From positions 90,001 through 122,000 of the forward strand of contig JBHLRO010000005.1 of the NCBI GenBank assembly GCA_048882505.1: a stretch of 32,000 nt of DNA, written 5' to 3'. This DNA is from Candidatus Thorarchaeota archaeon (GTDB lineage: Archaea; Asgardarchaeota; Heimdallarchaeia; Hodarchaeales; Hodarchaeaceae). The translations under genes were made by a program, and so were the position numbers. The notes beneath the pieces are model-generated. The model saw only the letters and a list, made by a program, of their open reading frames with translations, searched no databases and was not told where the DNA came from. Positions 1 to 9,020 of the stretch are shown here, in pieces (the stretch's first letter is position 1; each line of letters opens with the position of its first letter).

Positions 1-656
1 GATTCTTCATTGGTGTGGGGAATGATTTGGGAATCCCAATCCCAATAAAAGAAGCCGCCGAACACATCTTCGGAATGGTAATTGTAAACGATTGGAGTGC
101 ACGAGACATTCAAAGATGGGAATATGTGCCATTGGGGCCCTTTTTGGGAAAGAGTTTTGGCACATCTATTTCCCCCTGGGTGGTTACTCTTGACGCATTA
201 AGTCCGTTTAGAGTGGCCAATACTGAACAAAAGAATCCGACTCCATTACCTTACCTTCGATCCCCTGATAACTGGGGTTTAGATATCGAATTAGAAGTAT
301 TTATAAAGACTAAAGCGTTGGAAAAACCGTTTCGTGCAGCTAAAACGAATTTAAAGTACCTTTACTGGAATATCCTCCAACAAGCAACGCATCATACAAT
401 TAATGGCTGTAATCTTCAAACAGGGGATCTACTGGCCACGGGAACTCTAAGTGGACCGAATCCTGGATCTTATGGCTCCCTTCTTGAAACTTCTTGGAAA
501 GGAACGAAATCATTAAAGCTTCCGAATGGCGAAACTCGAAAGTTTCTTGAAGATGGAGACCGTGTGATAATGACTGGTTGGTGTCAAGGACCAGGATATC
601 GGGTTGGATTTGGCGAAGTAGTCACGGAATTATTATCCAGCCTTCCTTTAACCTAA
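1..656 (+). CDS. fahA: Fumarylacetoacetase (FAH), C-terminal part; 5' end lies outside the window
   Basis: Motifs [44 protein letters not shown] and FLEDGD.V match true FAH. The frame is open upstream of the track start at 15. Confidence 0.9.
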   Translation, partial: FFIGVGNDLGIPIPIKEAAEHIFGMVIVNDWSARDIQRWEYVPLGPFLGKSFGTSISPWVVTLDALSPFRVANTEQKNPTPLPYLRSPDNWGLDIELEVFIKTKALEKPFRAAKTNLKYLYWNILQQATHHTINGCNLQTGDLLATGTLSGPNPGSYGSLLETSWKGTKSLKLPNGETRKFLEDGDRVIMTGWCQGPGYRVGFGEVVTELLSSLPLT

Positions 657-694
657 ACCATTGATTGGAGAGTACAGTTAGGAGGAAAAAAAAA

Positions 695-1087
695 ATGGAT
701 TATTATATAATCTGGTGTGATTTGAAGAATAGCGCAAGGGATTTAGAATTTGTCCAAAGCGTCAGAACTTATCTGGGACATCTTCAAGGAAAGGAACTTA
801 TAGAGGGTTTCAAGATTACGAGACGAAAACTGGGTTTTGGGCCAAATGAATTGGGAGAATTTATGCTAACACTCGCTGTTAGAAATATGGCTCAATTAGA
901 GAACACTTTTGAGCTGGTAGCAACAAGAGAAGGCGTAGTTGAGGAGTTCCATAGAGCGGTGTATTCTGCCGTTACAAACTTTAAAGCAGCACTTTATCGA
1001 GACTTTCCAGACCCTATCAGGACTTTAAGTGAAAAAAAGAACAGTGTTTCTGGAGAGAAAGATCTACGGGGGAATTTGGAAATTTAG
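695..1087 (+). CDS. Conserved hypothetical protein (DUF6614-like)
   Basis: Starts Y.IWCDLK and contains ITRRKLGFGP..LGEF. GGAGG at 681-685 precedes ATG at 695, a better start than the track's TTG at 665. Family name from memory. Confidence 0.6.
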   Translation: MDYYIIWCDLKNSARDLEFVQSVRTYLGHLQGKELIEGFKITRRKLGFGPNELGEFMLTLAVRNMAQLENTFELVATREGVVEEFHRAVYSAVTNFKAALYRDFPDPIRTLSEKKNSVSGEKDLRGNLEI

Positions 1088-1089
1088 AG

Positions 1090-1602
1090 GTGGAAAAATT
1101 GGATGCCTATACTCAAATTATTCATAGATTAGAAACTCGAAACTTTATGGAGGAACAGAATATTCCTAATGCCATAGTTCGGAAAATTGTTGAAGCTGGT
1201 CGCTTGTCTCCATCCGCAATGAATCGTCAACCATGGAAATTTAAGGTTATTACGAATCAGAGCAAACTAGCGGAATTGGCTTTGATCCATCGACATGCAC
1301 GTTTTGTTGGTTCCGCAGGTTTTGCAGTTGCGGTGTATATATCCGATCAGAAATATGGTCTAATTGATGCTACAAGGGCAATCAGCCATATGCAAATAGC
1401 GGCCTGGTTATTATCACCACGGATTGGTTCATGCTTTAATTTTGGCTGGAACGAAGGGCAGGTCGAAGAAATAATAGGACCAGTTGCCGGATATCAATTA
1501 TTTACCATCATTCCGTTTGGATATCCGAGGATTTCAAACGTTCAGGGTAAGAAAAACAGAAAACCATGGAACGAAGTTGTGCTTGAAGATCAAGGTTCAT
1601 GA
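1090..1602 (+). CDS. Nitroreductase-family flavoprotein
   Basis: R.F, EAGRLSPSAMNRQPWKF, MQIAAW...IGSC and IPFGYP motifs. Confidence 0.88.
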   Translation: MEKLDAYTQIIHRLETRNFMEEQNIPNAIVRKIVEAGRLSPSAMNRQPWKFKVITNQSKLAELALIHRHARFVGSAGFAVAVYISDQKYGLIDATRAISHMQIAAWLLSPRIGSCFNFGWNEGQVEEIIGPVAGYQLFTIIPFGYPRISNVQGKKNRKPWNEVVLEDQGS

Positions 1603-1615
1603 TCAAAACAGGAAT

Positions 1616-2341
1616 CTAGGAGAGAATTTCCGCAAAAGCTCGAACTGGCATTGCTGCAACTTGTTTTCCTTTGATAGGAACACAGAAAAACCTGAACCGT
1701 TTATTGTATAGCGCGCTTAAATTGGTTAGGTTCTCAACTATCAAGATATCATTTTTCAGGAATTCAGTGTGTGCGGGCCTAGCCAAATTGCGTGAATCGT
1801 CAATATTGATTGTATCGACACCTACTAAACCTACGTTAGTTTTTGAAAGAAACTTGATTAGCTTTTCAGATATGAATGGGTAGTCGTGGTACTTTTCTGT
1901 CCCCCAATGTTGATCCCACCCGAAATTAATTAAGATCGCCTTGTTAGCAATCTCCAATTCATCTGGAATAATTTCTAAACCAACAGACGTTCCAGCTGAT
2001 CCGTCTCTTGCATCCAGAACTATTCCCTCCAAAATCACTTCTTCTATTCCAATTTCACTAATATCCCGTTTATCGGGATACCTATGGTAAGGGGAGTCAA
2101 GGTAAGTACCCACTGAGGTCTGAAATGTCATTTCAGTGATCTCGAAGGCTGCCTTATTCTTGTATCTGGGACGTGACTGTTCATGAGTGAGAAAAGGCCG
2201 TATTCGAGCAGTAAACGTTGAGGTATTGCCATTCTCTGATTTCAGGCGAAAACCCGGCATATTGTCTTCAAAAAGATGACTGAGGTCAATGAATCGCATC
2301 CGATCACCACTAGATAGAGGCGGGGGATCTCGTTTTACCAT
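1616..2341 (-). CDS. Cyclase / kynurenine-formamidase-fold protein (variant metal site); probable start at 2299 (MRFIDLSH)
   Basis: IDLSH N-terminus, GTYLDSPYH, LVGVDTINID, H..FL...ILIVENL.NL and F.C.P.K......PVRAFA. Confidence 0.8.
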   Translation of the reverse strand: MVKRDPPPLSSGDRMRFIDLSHLFEDNMPGFRLKSENGNTSTFTARIRPFLTHEQSRPRYKNKAAFEITEMTFQTSVGTYLDSPYHRYPDKRDISEIGIEEVILEGIVLDARDGSAGTSVGLEIIPDELEIANKAILINFGWDQHWGTEKYHDYPFISEKLIKFLSKTNVGLVGVDTINIDDSRNLARPAHTEFLKNDILIVENLTNLSALYNKRFRFFCVPIKGKQVAAMPVRAFAEILS

Positions 2342-2455
2342 ATTGCTTAATCACCTGCGTTATTCCTATTCATATTTATTTTGATGAAGTTGATTCACCG
2401 CCTCATTACAAAGCTATCCCGAGAATACTGGATTTATGCCATAGGTTACCTCAGA

Positions 2456-2695
2456 TTAGTAATCTATTATCGAACCACATTTTGGGCAAAAACTAGAATC
2501 TTTGGGCAATTCTGTGCCGCAAAATTTACAGTATAAGGAAGAATAGGTCGTTCTCGAAGATTTTCTTAATCCAAAAGTAAATGGTAAGAATAGAAAGATG
2601 AAAAGGAACGGGAAATCAAAGGCCAGAAACAGTACTAAACTCAAAATCGATATTAATACCAGTATTAAGGCCACTATATTCCATCGTTTCGTCAT
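2456..2695 (-). CDS. Small membrane protein with C-terminal zinc ribbon
   Basis: Two hydrophobic segments followed by CKFCG..LP....FCPKCG. Confidence 0.75.
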   Translation of the reverse strand: MTKRWNIVALILVLISILSLVLFLAFDFPFLFIFLFLPFTFGLRKSSRTTYSSLYCKFCGTELPKDSSFCPKCGSIIDY

Positions 2696-2858
2696 ATAGA
2701 GTCCACTACGTTATATTCTTGTACAACCAGTTGATTTGGCTCATCCAATACAAACTGGTCAAGGTTTAGAGATCTGTTGTAGCATTAAGCCAGATTCGCC
2801 TGCGATTTCAATTGATACCAAGGCAATATATTATGGTACCGCGAATGGTTTTGGCCAG

Positions 2859-3560
2859 CTAGAGGTATCTCTTATAAAATTCAACGGTTTCATTCCATGC
2901 TAGCTGGGCCGATTTTCCGTCTCCATATCGAGGGGAGAACGGATTTAAAAAGCCATGACCCACGTCATCATACACTCTAATTAAATGTGAACCGTATCGC
3001 GGTTTGTTGCTTAGTAATTTTTCTTGGAATTCTTCTACATCACTAAACGGAAATAAGTGATCCTGTTTTCCGAAGATACCGAGAACAGGGCACTCCATCT
3101 CCTGGACAAGAAGAATTGGGGTATCGTTTTCATCCTCGCCCCTGGTTGGAAATCCATAAAAGGAAACAACTGCGTTCAACTGTTCTGCATATCTAGCTGC
3201 AGCCAGGTATGCATACCGTCCTCCCATACAAAATCCAAGTACACCAATCCTTGATGGATCTACATTTTCCAGGTTATTTTTCACGAAGTTTATCGTTGTT
3301 TCGAAGTCTTCAAACACAGAAAAATCAGTATAGTCGTTTTCCAAGATTCCCCCACGGTATACATCGAAACAAATCGCCGCAAAGCCAGCCTCGACCAGAT
3401 CGTCAACAACCTTCTCCATTGGTTTATCAACCCCTGGTGCGTGCATGAATATTATGACCGCGGGTGACCTAGATTCATCGCTAGGAACGCCCACATAGGC
3501 TGGTAGTTTCGGATTAGATCTAATTTCTTGAAATACATTCATAGACATCAGTTTAAGCAA
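2859..3560 (-). CDS. Dienelactone hydrolase family protein
   Basis: Nucleophile elbow GFCMGG, G.FGKQD and GHGF motifs. Confidence 0.9.
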   Translation of the reverse strand: MLKLMSMNVFQEIRSNPKLPAYVGVPSDESRSPAVIIFMHAPGVDKPMEKVVDDLVEAGFAAICFDVYRGGILENDYTDFSVFEDFETTINFVKNNLENVDPSRIGVLGFCMGGRYAYLAAARYAEQLNAVVSFYGFPTRGEDENDTPILLVQEMECPVLGIFGKQDHLFPFSDVEEFQEKLLSNKPRYGSHLIRVYDDVGHGFLNPFSPRYGDGKSAQLAWNETVEFYKRYL

Positions 3561-3665
3561 GTTTTGATGGAGTAAAATGGTATTCCAGAAGATTTATAGC
3601 GCTTTTATTGGTTTTTTTCTAATTATTTGGGTTGGGAAAATCGGATCAAGAAGCAATCAGATAGC

Positions 3666-4646
3666 TCAAATGGTATCTAGACAGGAATTAATGAAATCGA
3701 TTACCATGAATTCATACATAGAGTCCGAATCAAGATCATAGTGGTTTCTTCCTTTAACAATCCAGAGCTTACTATTGGGAATCGCTTGATGCAAGATTGA
3801 ACTGTGTTCAAAAGGGAAAAAATTGTCATGAGTCCCATGAATCAATAAAACTGGCGATAAGATCAACGAAGCAGCATCTAAAGGACTAAAATGATGTTTA
3901 TGGTATCTGAAATACCTGGAGCGTACAATCATCCATAATCCCGGAGCAAATAATGGAGTAAATACTCCTAATCCTGGGCGCATAATATATTTCATGCTCT
4001 GAGGGAGGGAGTAGGGAGGTGCTTCTGCGATAACACCTCTCACCAATGGTTCCCTGGCGGCCACCAATAGCGCGGCTCCCCCTCCAATTGAATGTCCTGC
4101 TAAAAACACAGGGCCTCCCCACCAATGAACTACGCTTGCTAGGTCCTCGGAATAACGTAGAATGTTCATTCCCGTAATTTCGCGGTCAGATTCACCGTGA
4201 TCACGAACCGAGAAGAGTATCGTAATAAAACCATGCCTACCATAGATCCGTGCACGGGAAACCATTCGTCCCAGGTTTCGTCCCCATCCGTGGATAAGGA
4301 CTATGGGGATATTGTTTTTTTTCCATTCATCGCCACCTTCGTCATCACTTGGGATTTCGATATTGTGGGGAACTACCATCAATCCTTCCAAGCTTTTGTT
4401 CTTCACTGTGGGAATACGCAATCGACGCGTTTTCCCCCAATCAGGAAGATCTAGTACTGATTTCCTTGGTATTTTGGAGGACAAAAGAATAATTAGGAGG
4501 CATACGACGAGATATGAGGTAACCCCAATTAGGGAAAGAAGAATAAGCGTTGTAATGATACCAAGAGGCATTGTTCCTACCAATTTATATTGATCATTCG
4601 ATAAGGTTTTCTTCCCATTTGGTCGGTTCAAAATATCGAAAGTCAT
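3666..4646 (-). CDS. Membrane-anchored alpha/beta hydrolase
   Basis: N-terminal hydrophobic helix, LIHGWG, GHSIGG elbow, LLIHGTHD and a C-terminal His (GRNH). Confidence 0.85.
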   Translation of the reverse strand: MTFDILNRPNGKKTLSNDQYKLVGTMPLGIITTLILLSLIGVTSYLVVCLLIILLSSKIPRKSVLDLPDWGKTRRLRIPTVKNKSLEGLMVVPHNIEIPSDDEGGDEWKKNNIPIVLIHGWGRNLGRMVSRARIYGRHGFITILFSVRDHGESDREITGMNILRYSEDLASVVHWWGGPVFLAGHSIGGGAALLVAAREPLVRGVIAEAPPYSLPQSMKYIMRPGLGVFTPLFAPGLWMIVRSRYFRYHKHHFSPLDAASLILSPVLLIHGTHDNFFPFEHSSILHQAIPNSKLWIVKGRNHYDLDSDSMYEFMVIDFINSCLDTI

Positions 4647-5023
4647 GGCCTCGTTGTTAGGATATGGTACTCGCCATGCTTATCTTGGACCAAGGAAAAG
4701 TGTACTTCCAGTTTTGCCTCTTTCATTACTTCATCATTTGCTGTTTCTAATGATCTCATAGGGTAACATAAATACAGCCTCTGCAGCAGCATATTCCCAA
4801 TTAAAGGTTGAGGGTTCGTGACTCCCGGGTTCTTCACGCCCAGTTTATACCTTGGTTATATGTAAAGCTGACTGACGGATCAAGGTTTTTTCAATCCCAT
4901 TTTTACACCTGATTGAGAAATTATTCTATTCTATGACATTTAGAAAAGGTAGTAAATAATCAACTAGCTTTCTCGATAAAATAAAAACCAAGCAGTTTTA
5001 AGTTTTGGATTTAGTCCGAACCC

Positions 5024-5926
5024 ATGGCCATTACCCCCGTAATATTCATTTCTCTCGTCATCGTAGGTTTTTTCATTGGCATAATAGCCGCTATGGTCGG
5101 AATTGGCGGAGGAGCCTTGGTAGTACCTATCCTGATCTTTTTTTATGACTTGAGTACACCCCAGGCATCCGCTACCTCCTCTTTTGTAATAATATTTACC
5201 GCGGGATCCGGAACTCTGACGTATTTTAGACAAAGACGAATCGATCTTAGGTCGGGACTCTTTCTGGCCGTTGTTGCAATACCTTTTGCTCTAGTAGGTG
5301 CCTTCCTCGCGGAGACAATAAATGAAGATTTTCTGACGGTAATATTTGGTGGTTTTTTGATTTTGCTGGGAATCCAAAAGTTAGCCGCAAAATCAAAAAC
5401 TGAAAATTCATCTGCTTCATTGAACCAGAAGTCTAACTCTGTTACAGGGAGTAATAATGGAGACCCAGGAAATTCCACTAAGAAAAGATTCCTGCCGCGG
5501 CCAGTGGAAACGCGTTTGATTATCGATGACAAAAACGAGCAATTTCGATACGAGGTTAAGCTTTATAACGTGATTAAATGGGGATTTGTAGGGGGATTGA
5601 TGGGCGGTATGTTAGGAATTGGTGGCGGCGTTATTTTCGTCCCTGTTTTATCTGAAATTGGTGGAATTCCCCCACATATCGCTGTAGCGACTTCTACACT
5701 CGTAGTTCTATTTAATGCCTTATCAAGCTCTGTTGGCCGTTTTCTATTTGGCGAAAACATCATTTTTGATTTTGTCCTACCGTTAGCCATAGGAACAGTT
5801 TCAGGCGCTCGTCTTGGGGCCTTACGAGTACGTAGAATTTCAGCGAGACGAATACTCACGATTTTTTATCTCATTGTCCTGTTTGTAGGAGTAAGGGCTA
5901 TCCTTAGAGGACTGGGGCTTTTTTAG
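5024..5926 (+). CDS. Sulfite exporter TauE/SafE family membrane protein
   Basis: Two repeats of GIGGG...VP.L with A.ATS, and multiple transmembrane helices. Confidence 0.9.
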   Translation: MAITPVIFISLVIVGFFIGIIAAMVGIGGGALVVPILIFFYDLSTPQASATSSFVIIFTAGSGTLTYFRQRRIDLRSGLFLAVVAIPFALVGAFLAETINEDFLTVIFGGFLILLGIQKLAAKSKTENSSASLNQKSNSVTGSNNGDPGNSTKKRFLPRPVETRLIIDDKNEQFRYEVKLYNVIKWGFVGGLMGGMLGIGGGVIFVPVLSEIGGIPPHIAVATSTLVVLFNALSSSVGRFLFGENIIFDFVLPLAIGTVSGARLGALRVRRISARRILTIFYLIVLFVGVRAILRGLGLF

Positions 5927-6831
5927 AAGAGATCCATTCTGTCTGGAAAATGTTCCAAAAGGGTTTTTAGCCTAGCTCTTCGTTTTAGTTGTCCAGCCAA
6001 TGACTCAAGGTCTTCAGATTGTCCCTTATAGGAAAGTTTTTCTCCATCGTACTCTACTCTTGTTCCCATATTTGTACGTCTGCATATGAACCAATCCCAA
6101 TCGACGGGTAAATCCATTGACGTTATGTAATGGGCTACCAGCTCCGGTGAATTACATTCCCCGCTTAGATGACCCAAAAACATGCCTTTTATCTCGCTAT
6201 CAGTGAGTGATTGAAGGACCGAATTTGTTTCATTATTTGCAAGATGGTTCGCTCGAATACGTTTCTTTAACCAGGCTGGACGGCCTGACTCCCATAACAT
6301 GGATAAATCATGGTTTGTTTCCAGCAGAACAATTTGGCTCTCTCTCATAGCTGTGATATGCTCATGTGTGATTTTTCCAGTGTCAGTAATAATTGTTACA
6401 TTTATATCATCTACAGAAATTTGAAATCCAATAGACCCGAGGGCGTCATGGACGGTTTTAAGAGGAATAACTTTAAATTCTCCTATTTTTGTGGGCTTAT
6501 CAAAGGGTAATGGACGGCATCTGTCTGTGATGTTTATCCAGCGGGGAATTATTTTCTGAAGTTTGTGAAAAAGACGCAAAGTACCTTTGGAGCAATAGAT
6601 TGGAGAAGAAATATTCTCTGAGATTACGGGAAGTCCCTTGCAATGATCTGTATGCGCGTGACTCACCAAAACTCCTTGGACGTTGTTTAAAGTAAGTTTT
6701 TCTTCCAATAAAGCCGAAATTAATCTCTTCCTGGAAACGCCTGCATCTATAACCAATAAATTTTTTCCTGATGAGATATAGGCAGCGTTTCCATTGCTAC
6801 CTGAAGCAATAACCCTAAAAGAAAGGTTCAT
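5923..6831 (-). CDS. MBL-fold metallo-hydrolase (YycJ/WalJ-like)
   Basis: ASGSNGNA, IDAG, SHAHTDH, HDA, TDTG, LETNHD and LGHLS motifs. Confidence 0.88.
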   Translation of the reverse strand: MNLSFRVIASGSNGNAAYISSGKNLLVIDAGVSRKRLISALLEEKLTLNNVQGVLVSHAHTDHCKGLPVISENISSPIYCSKGTLRLFHKLQKIIPRWINITDRCRPLPFDKPTKIGEFKVIPLKTVHDALGSIGFQISVDDINVTIITDTGKITHEHITAMRESQIVLLETNHDLSMLWESGRPAWLKKRIRANHLANNETNSVLQSLTDSEIKGMFLGHLSGECNSPELVAHYITSMDLPVDWDWFICRRTNMGTRVEYDGEKLSYKGQSEDLESLAGQLKRRARLKTLLEHFPDRMDLF

Positions 6832-7201
6832 TTAACGATTAATCTCCTAATCTGAGAATTCTTTTGGCTTTTCTTCTTCTATTACGATAGGATTTCACGG
6901 GGGTTAACGCAATCATCATACGAACAATTATAACTTATCCGAGTGGAATTTTCCAGTTTGAAATACAATTCTTACGGTATCAACAAAACACTATAGATTG
7001 GGTTTTAGAATAGTTCAACTAGAATTTTATCCAATTCTATAGGATGAACCTTGTGGTTTTGTTCATGTTTTAAGTCAGAAGGCCTGCCCTGGTTATAGGT
7101 ACGTTTAAGTGAAGGGCCCTTTCTGCCCATTAGGTGGGAGTATTTAGGCAGATTCGTGATGTAAAGGTAAAAGTAACGTCTTTTTTATATGGTGGCCGAA
7201 A

Positions 7202-8446
7202 GTGTTCAACGTAGAAACCGTAAGAGAAAGTTTCCCTGCTCTCCATGTTCTTAAAGATGGAAAACCAATCATTTATGCAGATTCAGCTTGTATGGCCCTC
7301 AAACCTCAAGTCGTAATAGACTCACTAACAGAGTACTACCGTGAATATTCTGCTTGTGCTGGAAGGTCACCTCATTTTTTTGCTCGTCAAACAACCGCGA
7401 AGTTCGAGGATGCCCGAGATATCGTAGCTAGGTTTATTAACGCCCGAGATTCTGGAGAGATCGTATGGGTAAAAAACACCACGGAAGCTTTGAACCTAGG
7501 GAGCGGTATATTACAGTTCGATGGTTCAGGGGAGACTATAATCGTTACATCAGATTCTCATAATTCCAACCTGGTTAAATGGATGTATTACGCAGATCTT
7601 GGAAGAATAGATCTTGAAGTTCTTAATGTGGGGACTTCTGGCCGTTTTAATGAGGAACAACTGGTAGAAAAGCTCGAAAAGAGTAAGAAGGGGAGGATAT
7701 TGGTTACTTTGGCCCAAGTTTCGAATGTTACTGGTGCTATCCTTAACATCAAAAACATTGCAAAAATCGTGCACGAATATGGAGGTATTATTCAAGTGGA
7801 TGGGGCACAGAGTTTTCCCCATCAAACTATTGATGTTCAAAATTTGGACATTGATTTGATGGGAGTTTCAATGCATAAGGCGTGTGGACCGACTGGAACA
7901 GGATTTTTATTCGGAAAACAGGAAATTTTAGAGTCCTTAAATGCCTTGATACTAGGAGGAGAAACTGTCAGGGATGTACGTCTCCCTGATAGAATCGATC
8001 TGTTACCACCACCTGCACGATTTGAGGCTGGTCTTCAAAACTACGCTGGCATAATTGGCAGCGGTGCGGCAATTGAATTCCTAAATTCCCTTGGAATGAC
8101 GGAAATTCATAGACATAATCTGGAATTATCAACAATCCTCATGAAAGGTCTTCAGGACCTTTTTGGAGAGAAGATTGCAGTTTTGGGCCCCCCGAATCCC
8201 ATAGAAAGGGTAGCCCTTGCAGCTATAGACCTTAAAGAAATTAACGCTCATGAAGTTGCGATTTTGATGGATGAGATGTTCAATATATTCCTACGATCTG
8301 GTTTTCATTGTACTCACGGTCTTCATCATCAACTAGGTCTTAATCAAGGTACACTTCGTCCCTCTTGGTATCTCTATAATACTAAAAACGAAGTTAATCT
8401 CTTTCTAGAAGCGTTGGCAGAGATTCTGGAAACCCTCGGGTTATAA
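7202..8446 (+). CDS. sufS: Group II cysteine desulfurase / selenocysteine lyase (SufS/CsdA-like)
   Basis: R..FP.L, DGAQS.PH, PLP lysine in SMHK..GPTG, and catalytic RSGFHC motif. Confidence 0.88.
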   Translation: MFNVETVRESFPALHVLKDGKPIIYADSACMALKPQVVIDSLTEYYREYSACAGRSPHFFARQTTAKFEDARDIVARFINARDSGEIVWVKNTTEALNLGSGILQFDGSGETIIVTSDSHNSNLVKWMYYADLGRIDLEVLNVGTSGRFNEEQLVEKLEKSKKGRILVTLAQVSNVTGAILNIKNIAKIVHEYGGIIQVDGAQSFPHQTIDVQNLDIDLMGVSMHKACGPTGTGFLFGKQEILESLNALILGGETVRDVRLPDRIDLLPPPARFEAGLQNYAGIIGSGAAIEFLNSLGMTEIHRHNLELSTILMKGLQDLFGEKIAVLGPPNPIERVALAAIDLKEINAHEVAILMDEMFNIFLRSGFHCTHGLHHQLGLNQGTLRPSWYLYNTKNEVNLFLEALAEILETLGL

Positions 8447-8470
8447 TTCTGCAAATTTCACATCTGGTTG

Positions 8471-8749
8471 ATGAGTCTCATGACCCCGAAACCCTTAGAA
8501 AAAACAAAGACACTGATCCTTTTATTATTAAAGGACATGGTTGAAGCGACAACCGCGGAGATCGTAAACGAGGCATCCATTATATCTGCAGATTGCAAAG
8601 ATCGTGTTCCAGCAGCCATTGCAGGACTTAATCGTGCGGGCATGCTCCTTCGGTCAATTTCTCGTGAAAAAAAAGCCATAGTTTGGAGTCTGTCAGCGCG
8701 TGTTGACCTTTCATCCTTGAATAGTCAAGATATCAACAATTTTGAGTAA
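8471..8749 (+). CDS. Small hypothetical protein, possible winged-helix DNA-binding domain
   Basis: IL.LL....EATTAEIV...L...GML......K...WSL pattern, 24 bp downstream of sufS. Start uncertain (8468, 8471 or 8480). Confidence 0.5.
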   Translation: MSLMTPKPLEKTKTLILLLLKDMVEATTAEIVNEASIISADCKDRVPAAIAGLNRAGMLLRSISREKKAIVWSLSARVDLSSLNSQDINNFE

Positions 8750-8999
8750 TCGGCTTTAAACCGATAGCTTTTCGAAATCTCGATTTGAGAATTCCCTTCA
8801 CACAACGGCAGCCAAGAGGGTGTGTCATAATCGCTCCTGTAGGGCATTGTAGGCTACATGCACCACATTCAATGCATTCCTCCTCGTCAGTTAGAGTAGC
8901 GGGTTCATTTGGTGGTATTGCAATGATTTGATGAGGACACACGCCCACACAAAAACCACACGAATTGCATTTCTCGCCAAAAATAGTCGCAGCCATCAT
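8733..8999 (-). CDS. hgcB: HgcB-like 2x[4Fe-4S] ferredoxin
   Basis: CNSCGFCVGVCPH and CIECGACSLQCP, the latter matching the C(M/I)ECGA HgcB signature. Tail cysteines GCRC plus a terminal Cys. Lies 21 bp downstream of the hgcA-like gene. Confidence 0.75.
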   Translation of the reverse strand: MMAATIFGEKCNSCGFCVGVCPHQIIAIPPNEPATLTDEEECIECGACSLQCPTGAIMTHPLGCRCVKGILKSRFRKAIGLKPITQNC

Positions 9000-9020
9000 G
9001 GTGCATTAGATGGTATCATT

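Noticed and set aside
4643-4837. 64-aa minus-strand ORF whose stop overlaps the hydrolase start
   Set aside because: No recognisable motif and a weak GTG start. It may be real but cannot be supported from sequence alone.
6839-6919. 26-aa Arg/Lys-rich minus-strand ORF (MMIALTPVKSYRNRRRKAKRILRLGD) just upstream of the MBL gene
   Set aside because: Too short to distinguish from chance in a purine-rich leader, and no known leader-peptide signature.
7043-7152. Short stems (ATGAAC/GTTCAT, TCTGCC/GGCAGA) upstream of sufS suggesting a structured RNA or SECIS
   Set aside because: Stems are only about 6 bp, there is no tRNA or riboswitch consensus, and no adjacent ORF has a convincing in-frame Sec codon.
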